64,000 nucleotides of DNA from an uncultured Thermoplasmata archaeon (GCA_963719945.1 CAVRDX010000004.1:181959-245958); one strand, 5' to 3'. Numbered from the stretch's first letter, positions 27,479-38,017 are shown. The notes: a model not told the origin generated them from the letters alone. Numbers and translations: made by a program.

Positions 27479-30400
27479 ATGAAGAAGTACTACCGAGAAC
27501 CTGCCGGCGAGACCTTCTCCGGCATAGAAGAGGAGGTTCTCTCTCTCTGGGGACAGGAGAGCATGCTGCTCAAGGTCAAGGAGCGGATGCGCGACGGTGC
27601 CCCTCTGTACTTCTGCGAAGGTCCCCCGACCGCTAAGAGCCCGCCCCATTTCGGTGACGCCCTCACGCGCGCGGTCAAGGATGCGTTCCTCAGGTTCCAC
27701 ATAATGAACGGTAGGCAGGTCCTGCCCTACATAGGCGGCTGGGACTGTCATGGGCTCCCAGTCGAGCTGGAGGTCGAGCGGTCTCTGGGACTGGGGAGCA
27801 AGGCCGATATCGAGCGATACGGGATCGAACCCTTCAATTCTCGATGCCGCGAGAGCGTCCTCCGCTACAAGGGAGATTGGGAGGAGATGAGCCGGAGGGT
27901 CGGCTACTGGATCGATTTCGAGAATGCCTACATGACCATGTCCAACGAGTACATCGAGAGCGTATGGTGGTCAGTCAAGCAATTGCATTCGAAGGGCTTG
28001 CTGGTAAAGGACAAGCAGGTCGTCCCTTACTGCCCAAGGTGTGGAACCACCCTGAGCACTCACGAAGTGGCATTAGGTTTCGGCGAGGTCGAGACCAGAT
28101 ACGTCGTCGCCCGTTTCCGGATCGACGAGCTGGATGCCAGCGCCCTGGTCTACACCGAGACGCCATGGACCCTGGTGGCGAACGCCCTGCTCGCGGTCGA
28201 CGGAAACCAACGCTATGTGCTCATGGAATCATCCGGTGAGAGGTTGCTTCTCAGCGAACCTAGCTCGAAGGTATGGTTGCCTTCGTGCAAGGTGCTTCGC
28301 ACCTTCTCCGGAACAGAGCTGGTCGGTCTATCTTATGTTCCACCGTTCAATTACTCGGGACGGCCAGGCGATTCGTTCAAGATTGTTCATTCTGACGAGG
28401 TAACCAAGGAGGAAGGCACCGGGATAATGCACGTGTGCCCCGCATGCAGCTCGATAGATTTCGAGATAGCAGCGGCCGAGGGTCTCGAATTGTTCGATCC
28501 GATCGACGAGACCGCGAGTTTCACGCAGGAAATCCCCGAACTCGCCGGCAAGCTGGTCACAGACTCAAGCACTGATGTTATACGGATGCTAGAGGGCTCA
28601 GGGTCTTTGTTCAAATGGGGTCTGATGAAACGGTCATCACCATTTTGCTGGAGGTGTCAAACCCCGCTCATCTACAAGCTAAGAGACGCCTGGCTCATAA
28701 AGGCTTCAGATGTGAAGGACGAGATGTCCAGATTGAACCAGAAGATCCGATGGGTGCCTGAGACCTTCCGGGACCTGAGGTTCGGAAACTTCATCGCGGA
28801 CGCTAAGGATTGGGCAGTCAGCCGGAGTCGATACTGGGGGACGCCGCTACCTATCTGGAGATGCACGGAGGGCCACGAATACTGTGTGGGTTCGGTCCAG
28901 GAGCTAAGGGATTCGTCCGAGTCCCCGGTTCCAGATGGATCGGACCTGCACCGTCCTTTCGTGGATGCCGTCACCCTCAGATGCCCACAATGTGGTAGGA
29001 GCATGAAGCGTGAGGAATTCGTCCTCGACTGCTGGTACGATTCCGGGTGCGCGCCATTCGCCCAATACCACTACCCGTTCGAGAACAAGGATGTGTTCGA
29101 TTCACACAGGTCATTGGATTTCATATCGGAATCAGTGGAGCAGACTCGCGGATGGTTCTACACACAGCATGTGTTGAGCACCCTGCTATTCGATGCTCCA
29201 GCGTTCACTTCCGTCCTTGTGATGGGTAACGTGCTCGGTGCCGATGGGAAGAAGATGAGGAACGTGCACAAGAACACGGTTTCACCGTCCGAGGTGTTCT
29301 CGTCCGTCGGTGCGGATGCATCAAGACTCTATCTCCTTGGAAGCCCGACGTGGGAGTCTGTTCAATTCTCGGAGGAGGATGTGAGGAAGACGATGGTCGG
29401 CACGCTCAAGACGCTCCTCAATGTCTACGCATTCTACGCATCCAATGCCAACGCTTACGGTTATACTGGCCAGGAGGCTGGAACCAAGACTCACGACCTG
29501 GACACCTGGATCCTATCCCGATTGAACACGACCATCGTTGAGGCCAGGAACGGATTCGACGACCTCGAGGTCCACCGGGCAGTGAACTCGGTAAGGGAGT
29601 TCGTGGAGGATTTGAGCAACTGGTATGTTCGCAGGTCCAGGCGCAGGTTCTGGGTCGAGAGCGATCCACTCGACCGCTTCTCCGCACATTCCACGCTCCA
29701 TGAATGCCTCACGATATTGTCCAGAATAATGGCTCCGATCACACCTTTCTTCGCGGACTGGCTCTATAGAAACCTGAAAGGGGCCAAGGGAAGCGTGCAT
29801 CTCGAGGACTATCCAATCGCTAACGAGGAACATTCCAACAAACCGCTTGAGCTGCAGATGGCCATTGTTCGGAGGGCAGTCGAAGCCGGCCGTCTGGCCC
29901 GTCAGAACGCAAACATAAAGTTGAGACAGCCGCTCGAAGAGGTAGTGATAGCCGCCAGCAATGACGATGTATGGACGCTTCGCAGATATGAGAAGATGAT
30001 CTCCGAGGAGCTGAATGTCCGATCAGTGAAGTGCATCGAATCCAGGGAGAGCATGGTGGAGTATACCATATCGGCGAACCTCAGGACCCTCGGTCCGAGG
30101 TTCAAGGAAGGGGCCGAGGAGGTCTCGAAACTGCTCGAGATGGTCGATGGTAGCGAACTGGTTAGACACCTGAAGACGAAGGGAAGGCTGCGTCTGGGAG
30201 GCTACGACCTCTACGAGGAGGATGTCATCATCAGCGAGACGCAGAAATCAGGATACACCCACGCATCGATGGATGACATGCATGTCTACTTCTCGACCAA
30301 GATGAATGCGAAGCTCAAGATGGATGGCCTCGCTAGAGAAGTCATCAGACGAGTACAGCACATGCGAAAGGAGCAGGGTCTGGCTTTCGATGACCTCGTC

Positions 30401-30571
30401 GTCGTGGAGTATTCGGCCCATCCGGACATCGAGGCGGCCATCGTCGCCCATAAGTCCCGTCTGGAGACGGAAACGCATGCGAAAACCTACTCGAAGTCCA
30501 CCTCGCTCCAAGATGCCAAGAAGTGGACGGTCAACAAGATGCCGCTCGAGCTTGTGGTCAGGAGACTCTGA
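27479..30571 (+). CDS. ileS: Isoleucyl-tRNA synthetase-family protein with degenerate HIGH/KMSKS motifs
   Basis: GWDCHGLPVE, SRSRYWGTPLP, DCWYDSG, QTRGWFY, SNWYVRRSRRRFW and an IleRS2-type C-terminus; HIGH reads HFGD and KMSKS reads KMRNV. Confidence 0.9.
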   Translation: MKKYYREPAGETFSGIEEEVLSLWGQESMLLKVKERMRDGAPLYFCEGPPTAKSPPHFGDALTRAVKDAFLRFHIMNGRQVLPYIGGWDCHGLPVELEVERSLGLGSKADIERYGIEPFNSRCRESVLRYKGDWEEMSRRVGYWIDFENAYMTMSNEYIESVWWSVKQLHSKGLLVKDKQVVPYCPRCGTTLSTHEVALGFGEVETRYVVARFRIDELDASALVYTETPWTLVANALLAVDGNQRYVLMESSGERLLLSEPSSKVWLPSCKVLRTFSGTELVGLSYVPPFNYSGRPGDSFKIVHSDEVTKEEGTGIMHVCPACSSIDFEIAAAEGLELFDPIDETASFTQEIPELAGKLVTDSSTDVIRMLEGSGSLFKWGLMKRSSPFCWRCQTPLIYKLRDAWLIKASDVKDEMSRLNQKIRWVPETFRDLRFGNFIADAKDWAVSRSRYWGTPLPIWRCTEGHEYCVGSVQELRDSSESPVPDGSDLHRPFVDAVTLRCPQCGRSMKREEFVLDCWYDSGCAPFAQYHYPFENKDVFDSHRSLDFISESVEQTRGWFYTQHVLSTLLFDAPAFTSVLVMGNVLGADGKKMRNVHKNTVSPSEVFSSVGADASRLYLLGSPTWESVQFSEEDVRKTMVGTLKTLLNVYAFYASNANAYGYTGQEAGTKTHDLDTWILSRLNTTIVEARNGFDDLEVHRAVNSVREFVEDLSNWYVRRSRRRFWVESDPLDRFSAHSTLHECLTILSRIMAPITPFFADWLYRNLKGAKGSVHLEDYPIANEEHSNKPLELQMAIVRRAVEAGRLARQNANIKLRQPLEEVVIAASNDDVWTLRRYEKMISEELNVRSVKCIESRESMVEYTISANLRTLGPRFKEGAEEVSKLLEMVDGSELVRHLKTKGRLRLGGYDLYEEDVIISETQKSGYTHASMDDMHVYFSTKMNAKLKMDGLAREVIRRVQHMRKEQGLAFDDLVVVEYSAHPDIEAAIVAHKSRLETETHAKTYSKSTSLQDAKKWTVNKMPLELVVRRL

Positions 30572-31040
30572 CCTTCTTCTTCGGTCCCTTGGATATCGAT
30601 TTCTCCATCAGGTATGCGTGCTTCTTGGCGCCGTAATAATCCTTCACCATGGTCTTCAGGACATACCCGTGTTTGAGGTATAGGTTGATGGCTGCGGTAT
30701 TCTCTATGCCGACCTCGAGGCCACTCTTCCGAACCCCTAGGATCGCCATCCTCTTCTCGCATTCAATCAAGAGGCGCGAACCAAGCCCCTTCTCGCGTCT
30801 GCCATCCATGACTGCTACGGAAGCTATGCGTCCTTCCCCGCACCTCTTCGAGAACATGCACATGGCCGCCCCTATGATCGCCCGTTCGTCGACAGCGACC
30901 AACGCTATGGTATCGTTCCTGACGACGAATGCGGTGACGGTCTCCTGCTCGAACCGTCTCTCATCGAAACATTCCGCCTCCAAGCGCATGATGCCTGGCA
31001 GGTCCTTCATGGTGGCGACCCTAACCTTCACAGACGGCAT
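30558..31040 (-). CDS. RimI-like GNAT N-acetyltransferase
   Basis: SVAV...RREKGLGSRLL, LEV..ENTAAINLY.KHGY, KDYY. Confidence 0.88.
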   Translation of the reverse strand: MPSVKVRVATMKDLPGIMRLEAECFDERRFEQETVTAFVVRNDTIALVAVDERAIIGAAMCMFSKRCGEGRIASVAVMDGRREKGLGSRLLIECEKRMAILGVRKSGLEVGIENTAAINLYLKHGYVLKTMVKDYYGAKKHAYLMEKSISKGPKKKVRVS

Positions 31041-31113
31041 ACGACGCCGCCATGATATGTTCGTTGCGCTTCATCCGAAGGGCTTATATTCGCCATGAGA
31101 CTTCAGCATCTGG

Positions 31114-32403
31114 ATGGTCCCGATAAAGAACGCCGTCTCAAAAGAAATGGTGGGCAAGAACGTCCAGGTACGTGGATGGATCTACCGCACCAGGAGCAGC
31201 GGCGGAATAGCGTTCATAGTCATGCGCGATTCGACAGGCATAGTCCAGGTTACCGTCAAGAAGGGTTCTGTCCCGGACGAGGACTTCGTCTCAGCCACCG
31301 ATAGCGGTATCGAATCCTCGGCAGTAGTCGAGGGCACAGTCGCGGAGGACAAGCGCGCACCAGGTGGTTACGAGATACGCGCGAGCCGATTCATTCTAGT
31401 GGGCAAGGCTGAACCATTCCCGATCACGGAATATCAAAGCACCGAGCTTCTTCTGGATCTGAGACACCTATGGATAAGATCCAGGGAACAGACCGCGATC
31501 ATGAGGATCAAGGATTCACTTCTAAGAGGGGCACGCAACTGGTTCCATGAGAACGATTACACTGAAGTAACGCCCCCTATCATCACAGGGGTCGCTCCGG
31601 AAGATAGTACCACCCTGTTCCAGATGAAATACTTCGACAGGATAGCATATCTATCACAGAGTGCACAGTTCTACCTGGAATCGCTCATATTCTCGTGCGA
31701 CAAGGTCTGGGCTCTCACTCCATCTTTCAGGGCGGAGAAGTCGAGGACTCCCAGACATCTGGCGGAATTTTGGCACCTTGAGATGGAAGCGGCCTGGCTT
31801 ACAAACGAAGAGAACATGCAGGTGCAGGAGCAGATGGTGACCGCCATGCTGCACAATGCGGCTGATGAATGTCCCAGCGAGCTCGCGATGTTCAAGCGTG
31901 ACCCCGCAGCCCTGAAGAAGATCGTGCCACCGTTCGAAAGAATGCCCTATGGAGAGGCTATGCAGTACCTGCAGGGCAAAGGGTTCGACATGTCATGGGG
32001 AGACGACCTAGGCGCAGTCGAGGAGCGCGAGCTTACAAAGGACCGCACCATCCCGATGTTCGTGGTGAACTATCCGAAGGAGCTCAAGCCGTTCTACATG
32101 AAGGAGAACCCGGACGACCCGCGCACATACAAGAATAGCGACTTGCTGGCGCCGGAAGGCTTCGGCGAGATAATCGGCGGCAGCGAGAGGGAGACGGACA
32201 ACGCACTCATTCTCGAGAGACTGCGCGAGAAGGGCGAGCCCTTGGAGAACTACAGTTGGTATCTGGATCTCAGAAGGTATGGGTCGGTCCCACACTCTGG
32301 GTTCGGTCTGGGAACGGAGAGGATCGTGACATGGATATGCGGTCTGGACCATATCCGCGACGCGATACCATTCCCGCGCACGGTCTCTAGGGTGTTCCCC
32401 TAG
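31114..32403 (+). CDS. asnS: Asparagine--tRNA ligase
   Basis: N-terminal OB fold, YLSQSAQFY, FRAEKSRTPRHLAEFWHLE, GEIIGGSERE, PHSGFGLG. Confidence 0.93.
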   Translation: MVPIKNAVSKEMVGKNVQVRGWIYRTRSSGGIAFIVMRDSTGIVQVTVKKGSVPDEDFVSATDSGIESSAVVEGTVAEDKRAPGGYEIRASRFILVGKAEPFPITEYQSTELLLDLRHLWIRSREQTAIMRIKDSLLRGARNWFHENDYTEVTPPIITGVAPEDSTTLFQMKYFDRIAYLSQSAQFYLESLIFSCDKVWALTPSFRAEKSRTPRHLAEFWHLEMEAAWLTNEENMQVQEQMVTAMLHNAADECPSELAMFKRDPAALKKIVPPFERMPYGEAMQYLQGKGFDMSWGDDLGAVEERELTKDRTIPMFVVNYPKELKPFYMKENPDDPRTYKNSDLLAPEGFGEIIGGSERETDNALILERLREKGEPLENYSWYLDLRRYGSVPHSGFGLGTERIVTWICGLDHIRDAIPFPRTVSRVFP

Positions 32404-32415
32404 GACACCCTCAGG

Positions 32416-33480
32416 TCAGAGTCCGGCCATCTTGGCACAGTAATCTACATAGATCCTTGCAGCTTTCGCAACATCCTCGACCTTGATCCATTCATCCGGG
32501 ATATGACACGATGTCGGGTCGCCGGGTCCACATATCATGAGCTTGTCATTCGCTGACTTGAACATCACCATCTCAGTGGCGTAGGGCACCGCGAGCACCT
32601 TCGTATCCGGCCCTATGATCTCCTTGAGGATCGTGACAGCTTCTATCGAGGGATCAGTTCCGACAGGGTCGAGTTCGTGAAGTATCTTGATCTGGTATCC
32701 GTCATCGCCTATCCTCTTACGTACCTCGCTGAGCACTGCCGATGTGTTCATTTCCGGTGGATATCTGACATCCACCTCGACGGTGCACTCTGCCGGTATC
32801 ACGTTCGTCGCCGTGCCTCCTCTTATGACGTCCACGGTGAGGGTCATGTGCTCGACCGGGTCCTCAGGGGGCACCTGGAGGTCCTTCATCTTGTGCAGCA
32901 GGTCAACCATCTTCACGATCGCATTCTCACCAAGAGCTGGCATGCTCGCATGGGCAGACTTGCCAAGCGTGCTGATCTCGAACTGCACGAGCCCTTTCTC
33001 CCGGATTACGATGTCGAAGTCAGTGGCCTCGGTGACCACAACCGCCGGAGCGTTCTTCACCGCGGGGTCGACCGAAGCAGCCGCCGCACCAGCCATCGAA
33101 GATTCCTCGTCCGTCGTAAAACACAGCGAGAACGGTATCTTCGCCTTGACCATCTCCTCTGCTGCTAGCAGCATGGCAACACAGCCACCCTTCATGTCTC
33201 CTGTGCCGCGACCGTAGAGGATGCCGTCGATCATCTCTCCCTGCTTCTTCGTCCATCCAGTGCCTATGGGGACGGTATCGAGATGTCCTGACAACATCAC
33301 ACCGTCCTCCATGAACTGGCCTATCATCGCAGGGGTGTCTTTGGAACCGTAGTTCCTGATATGCATCCCCAGCTCCTTCATCACCTTCGTCACATAGTCC
33401 GCGACGGGCTGTAGGGGCTCGTTCTCCGCTGATCTGATCAGTACTAGTTCTGTGAGCATCTTCTCCGCTTTGCTTATCAA
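32416..33480 (-). CDS. M20/ArgE/DapE-family metallo-amidohydrolase
   Basis: SGHLDTVP, YGRGTGDMKGG, DEE, GKSAHAS, H.PDE. Confidence 0.9.
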   Translation of the reverse strand: MISKAEKMLTELVLIRSAENEPLQPVADYVTKVMKELGMHIRNYGSKDTPAMIGQFMEDGVMLSGHLDTVPIGTGWTKKQGEMIDGILYGRGTGDMKGGCVAMLLAAEEMVKAKIPFSLCFTTDEESSMAGAAAASVDPAVKNAPAVVVTEATDFDIVIREKGLVQFEISTLGKSAHASMPALGENAIVKMVDLLHKMKDLQVPPEDPVEHMTLTVDVIRGGTATNVIPAECTVEVDVRYPPEMNTSAVLSEVRKRIGDDGYQIKILHELDPVGTDPSIEAVTILKEIIGPDTKVLAVPYATEMVMFKSANDKLMICGPGDPTSCHIPDEWIKVEDVAKAARIYVDYCAKMAGL

Positions 33481-33484
33481 AGTA

Positions 33485-34522
33485 TCACCGTGTCTTCTTG
33501 CCCGCAATCCGTTCGGATATCGCGACGATGAGTTTGGACAGGTTCTGCAGGTCCTTCAGGCTGGCGCACTCGGTCGGAGAATGCGTGTACCTCATCGGTA
33601 TCCCCAGTGGCATCATGAGCGCGCCGAAATCCTGCATGACCGCACCATCCGTGGCCCCTCCACCCGTGCCGTATTGCAGGGGTATCTTCTTCTCCTTGGC
33701 GATCCCCTCTATCATCTTGCGCAACTTGGGGGATGCGATGGCCGCGTGGTCGAGCATCCTCAGCGCAGGTCCGCTTCCGAGCAATATCCTCTCATAGGCG
33801 TCGCCCTGCATCGGCCCGTCCGTGGTCGTCATCGTGTCGACGGCGAAGACATAGTCGGGCCTCATGGAGAAACCGACGACCTTGGCTCCCTTGAGCCCTA
33901 TCTCCTCTTGCACGCTCCAGACGAATATGAGCTTGACTGGCAGCTTCCTCTTCCTGAGGATTTCTATCGCATCCAAGAGGACGGCGCAACCGGCGCGGTT
34001 GTCTATGCCGCGCGCGCAGACGATGTCGTTTCCGATATACGAGACGTCTTTCTTGAATACCATCGGGTCCAGGACCCTTATCCCGAGCTTCTCGGTCTCT
34101 TTCCTGCTCCTAGTGCCGACATCTACCCTTACCTCCTCCCAGCTGACGACCTTCTTCTTGTCGTCGCTCTCGGTCATCAGATGGGGCGGTTTCAGGCCCA
34201 GCACTCCGTTGACGGTCCCTTTCTCCGTCTTGATTTCGACTACCCTGCCTACGAGCGTGCGGTCGTCTATCCCGCCCAGCTTGCGTATCCTGAGGGATCC
34301 GTCGTTCTCCAATTTGCTGACGATTAGCCCAAGTTCGTCCATGTGCGCAATGAGCACTACCTTGGGACCGGTGTCCCCGACCGTGCAGATCAGGTTCCCT
34401 ATGTTGTCCTCTTCGGTCTTCAGCCCCATAGCCTCGACCTTGGACCTGATGAACTCCCTTATCTCGTCCTCGAACCCGGACACTCCGGGCACATGGATCA
34501 TCTCTTCCAGTAGCTCCTTCAT
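33485..34522 (-). CDS. M42-family (TET-like) aminopeptidase
   Basis: AHMDELG, DNRAG, QEEIGLKGA, RYTHSPTE. Confidence 0.92.
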   Translation of the reverse strand: MKELLEEMIHVPGVSGFEDEIREFIRSKVEAMGLKTEEDNIGNLICTVGDTGPKVVLIAHMDELGLIVSKLENDGSLRIRKLGGIDDRTLVGRVVEIKTEKGTVNGVLGLKPPHLMTESDDKKKVVSWEEVRVDVGTRSRKETEKLGIRVLDPMVFKKDVSYIGNDIVCARGIDNRAGCAVLLDAIEILRKRKLPVKLIFVWSVQEEIGLKGAKVVGFSMRPDYVFAVDTMTTTDGPMQGDAYERILLGSGPALRMLDHAAIASPKLRKMIEGIAKEKKIPLQYGTGGGATDGAVMQDFGALMMPLGIPMRYTHSPTECASLKDLQNLSKLIVAISERIAGKKTR

Positions 34523-34523
34523 T

Positions 34524-35675
34524 CTAAACCCCCTTGACGAACGGTGGTCTGACCACCTCTGCGGGGACGAACGTGTCCCGCACCTTTATCTCGACCTTAG
34601 TGCCAATCTTGGACATTCCGACGGGCACATATCCCATGGCGATGCCCTTCCTGAGCACCGGGGACATCGTGCCGCTCGTGACCTTGCCTACCTTGCTCCC
34701 ATCAATCATGATGTCGTAACCGTGTCTGGGTATACCCTTGTCCGTGACCATCATGCAGACCAGCTTGTCATACTCCTTGGACGCTCGCTGCTCCTCCAGC
34801 ACGTTCTTGCCAAGGAAATCGTGCTTCCAATCGACTACCCAGGATGGTCCAGTCTGGAGGCTCGTCTGAGTCCCCTCGAAATCAGTGCCAGACAACAACA
34901 GCGCCTTCTCGAGTCTGAGCGTGTCCCTCGCGCCCAGACCGATCGGCTCGATGCCGAACGCCTTGCCCTTTTCGAGCACCGCTTTCCAGACATCGACGGC
35001 GTCCGCATTCTCGCATATTATCTCGAATCCGTCCTCTCCAGTGTAACCGGTCCTTGAGACGAGCGCCTTTATCCCGTCCCCTGGACCGTTGCGATAGACC
35101 CTCCCCTTCAGGAGTTCCGTCTTTGGCTCCGAGCCACGAGCCTTGATGCGGTCCAGCCGCGCGAAGGCCGCCCAGAAGAAGCCGACCTTCGACAGGTCGA
35201 CAGTGGTCAAGCTCGCGAGCACATCCTTAGCAGTCGGTCCCTGGACGGCGATGGCTGCCAGGTCCATTGACATGTCGACGAGCTCCTGATTCCGGAGATG
35301 GCTCTCGACCCACTTCCTCATCTTCGAGGTCGTCGCAGCGTTCGGTACCATGAAATATTCATCAGGCCCCAGAGGCGAGGCGATCGTGTCGTCCAGGATG
35401 TGGCCATGTTCGTCCAGCAGATGTGAGTAGACGCATTTGCCCTGAGGCGCCCTTCGGACATCGTTCGTCATGAGGGTGTCGATGAGATCTCCGGCACCCT
35501 CACCTCTGATTATGAAATCCCCCATGTGGGACACATCGAATGCACCACATGCTTTTCGGACGGTCAAGTGCTCCTCGATGATCGACCTGTACTGGATGGG
35601 CATCTCCCATCCCGCGAACCAGACCATCTTCCCTCCGAGCGCGACATGTTCTCCGTGAAGAGGCGTCCTGTTCAT
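34524..35675 (-). CDS. gcvT: Glycine cleavage system aminomethyltransferase T
   Basis: FAGWEMPIQY, FDVSHMG, RTGYTGEDGFE, GLGARDTLRLE. Confidence 0.95.
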   Translation of the reverse strand: MNRTPLHGEHVALGGKMVWFAGWEMPIQYRSIIEEHLTVRKACGAFDVSHMGDFIIRGEGAGDLIDTLMTNDVRRAPQGKCVYSHLLDEHGHILDDTIASPLGPDEYFMVPNAATTSKMRKWVESHLRNQELVDMSMDLAAIAVQGPTAKDVLASLTTVDLSKVGFFWAAFARLDRIKARGSEPKTELLKGRVYRNGPGDGIKALVSRTGYTGEDGFEIICENADAVDVWKAVLEKGKAFGIEPIGLGARDTLRLEKALLLSGTDFEGTQTSLQTGPSWVVDWKHDFLGKNVLEEQRASKEYDKLVCMMVTDKGIPRHGYDIMIDGSKVGKVTSGTMSPVLRKGIAMGYVPVGMSKIGTKVEIKVRDTFVPAEVVRPPFVKGV

Positions 35676-35743
35676 GCAACGGAATCGGACTAGTTATGCA
35701 AAAGCTTTGGGAACATAAGCAAAAGAATCGCCAGATAAACGGC

Positions 35744-36313
35744 TCAACGATACTGGTCGATCAGCTTCATCATATCCTTCTCGAGGCCGACGCTCATGGC
35801 TGGAGCCTCGATCACTTCCACGTTCCTCTCAAGAAGTGCCAGCTCCTTCTCGCTGAAGGCGTCTGGGCTTATCGGTATCAGGACCACTGACTTGCTCTGC
35901 ATGACCTGCTCGTTTATGTGCTCGGCGAACCTGAGCACCTGCTGGAATCCGTTGTTGATCACCAGGTACTCGAGCCCGTCGATGATGACGACGCACTTCT
36001 CGTACCTCTCGATGAACGAGGAGATCATGGTCGCGAGCGTGCCTATGCTGGTCGGGTTGTGATGGTCCTTTCCCGGGGTGTGGCTCAACCACAGGATGCG
36101 CGTATCGCCCAGATCGAAAGCCTCTTTGACCTTCTCAGGGTACTGACGGGTGACGCATAATCCCGGAATGCTGTCAGAAATCGCGTTCTCAAACAGTTTG
36201 TAGGATAGGAAAGGCTTCCGCTCCCTGACTACGTAACACATTCCCGCTTCGGGACGGATCAGCTCCATCTGGTTCGAGATCTTCTCTTCCGAACCGATGT
36301 CCTTATCCTCCAC
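35744..36313 (-). CDS. DUF835-domain (inactive KaiC/RecA-like) protein
   Basis: GLCVTR, ILWLS, VIIDGLEYLVINNGF, EKELALLER. Confidence 0.85.
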   Translation of the reverse strand: MEDKDIGSEEKISNQMELIRPEAGMCYVVRERKPFLSYKLFENAISDSIPGLCVTRQYPEKVKEAFDLGDTRILWLSHTPGKDHHNPTSIGTLATMISSFIERYEKCVVIIDGLEYLVINNGFQQVLRFAEHINEQVMQSKSVVLIPISPDAFSEKELALLERNVEVIEAPAMSVGLEKDMMKLIDQYR

Positions 36314-36390
36314 GATGTCTGTGACTGAAACGGCCCTATTTATATATTGCCATTTCCCGTAATATAACTGTCCAGTAATCGTCAGATAGA

Positions 36391-37551
36391 TTAATCTAGC
36401 ATTTGTGTGACTTTCTGCTGAAGAACCTTGGCCGGGATGTCTAGAAGTGTTATGACCGTGGTCTTTCCCGATATTCCTGGGCCGCTCTTCTTGGCGCTTA
36501 CGATGCCTAGCGTATCAAGGTCCTTCATCAATGTCCAGAACGCGGTGTGTGCTCGCGGCTTCTCGTCGTACTCCTCGCACGCGACGCTGTAGGCGGATTC
36601 CGCATCCTTGGTGGTTATGTACGCTTTGCCCTTGGACGCCCTGGCTATCCCCAGGAGTGCGAGTTTCTGATGCTTCTCGAGGACGCTCAGCTTCGATTCT
36701 GTTATGGAGCTGTAAGCCTCGGCCTTCGCGCCTCTCACGTGCTCCACGTTGATCATGCCCTGCCCTTCCTCATCCGCCAGCATGCCAGCTTTCTCCAGGA
36801 TCTCGATGGCGAATCTGGCATCACCCCATTCGGAGGACACCTCCGCCATGAGGTCAATGGAATCATCGTCCACCGAGCCTTCGTGCAGCGCGAGTTCGGT
36901 CCTCTGGGCTATTATGTCCCTCAGTTCCTCGCAGGAGTATTTCCCGAACTCGACCACATTGGTCCGCTTGAATGTGCTGGCAGATGCCGAATCGATCATA
37001 TCGAAGATGTTCTTCTGCGATATCAGTATGACCGACACGAGCGGTCTCGAGTCGACCTTCTCCTCTCCGAACCGCGTGAGTTTGTAGATTATGTCTGGGC
37101 CAGCCTTCTTCAGAAGCACGTCCGCCTCATCGAGTGCCACGACCAGGTGTACCTTGCGCTTCTCGAGGTCCTTCCTCAGGATCCTGAGCATCTCAGTTAT
37201 GCTGAAACCTCTGTCGGGGAAGTTGGGCTGGAAGTGGTTGACTATCTGTAGGACCACCGCGGATTCGCTGTTCCTCTGCCTGCAGTTGACGATGGTCCAA
37301 TCGATCGCCACCTGCTTCTTCTCGCCATGCTCCTTGAGGTCCATGCAGAATCTCTTGGCAGTGGCCGTCTTGCCAGTGCCAACGCTGCCCGTCAGCACGG
37401 CGTTCTGCGAGGAATTCTCCTCGATCACGGGCCTGAAGAGCATGACCAGCTTCCGCATTTGCGTCTCTCTGTGCACGAGTTTGGGCGGGACGTAGTCGAA
37501 CGACAGAGTACGTTGATCCTTGAAGACGCTCTTACCAATAGATTCCCACAT
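36391..37551 (-). CDS. cdc6: Orc1/Cdc6 replication initiator
   Basis: DYVPPKLVHRE, GSVGTGKT, LDEAD, GDAR, C-terminal winged helix. Confidence 0.93.
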   Translation of the reverse strand: MWESIGKSVFKDQRTLSFDYVPPKLVHRETQMRKLVMLFRPVIEENSSQNAVLTGSVGTGKTATAKRFCMDLKEHGEKKQVAIDWTIVNCRQRNSESAVVLQIVNHFQPNFPDRGFSITEMLRILRKDLEKRKVHLVVALDEADVLLKKAGPDIIYKLTRFGEEKVDSRPLVSVILISQKNIFDMIDSASASTFKRTNVVEFGKYSCEELRDIIAQRTELALHEGSVDDDSIDLMAEVSSEWGDARFAIEILEKAGMLADEEGQGMINVEHVRGAKAEAYSSITESKLSVLEKHQKLALLGIARASKGKAYITTKDAESAYSVACEEYDEKPRAHTAFWTLMKDLDTLGIVSAKKSGPGISGKTTVITLLDIPAKVLQQKVTQMLD

Positions 37552-37669
37552 CTGACTCAGCCTGAGGACTTGGCTGGCTATCTACTTCGCCGTATTTTAA
37601 AGGATTCGCGTCCATGTCGCCCGGGGAAATGATTTTATGTCATTACGCCGGTCGAAGGGCGGTGTGAGG

Positions 37670-38017
37670 ATGGCTTCGGAAGAGGATATCATCAGTTCGG
37701 TGTTGAAGAGCACGAAATCCCTGTTGCAGTCGGAGACGCTCATCGTCGATGCTGTCCAGGAGCTCGTGAAGGACGAGATCAAGAGGCACATGAGGGAGAG
37801 GCTCGACGCGGACCCTGCCTTGAGGGCGGAGCTGAAGAAAGCCATCGAGGAGATGCTCGAGGCGAAGCTCCACGAGGCATACGCCCTGCTGAAGATCGGC
37901 AAGTGCGGTGCCAAGCTCGGCATCTCCATGGTGCCTCCCGAGATGCGGAAGGAGATAGGGCACGAGCTGGCGTCGATATTCGAGAAGGAAATGTCGAAGA
38001 TTCTCGAACAGGATTGA
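37670..38017 (+). CDS. Conserved helical hypothetical protein
   Basis: 115-aa all-helical ORF with GGTGTGAGG RBS-like sequence. Confidence 0.75.
   Translation: MASEEDIISSVLKSTKSLLQSETLIVDAVQELVKDEIKRHMRERLDADPALRAELKKAIEEMLEAKLHEAYALLKIGKCGAKLGISMVPPEMRKEIGHELASIFEKEMSKILEQD

Noticed and set aside
36314-37669. Replication origin next to cdc6
   Set aside because: The flanking intergenic regions are short and contain no ORB repeats or extended AT-rich unwinding element.
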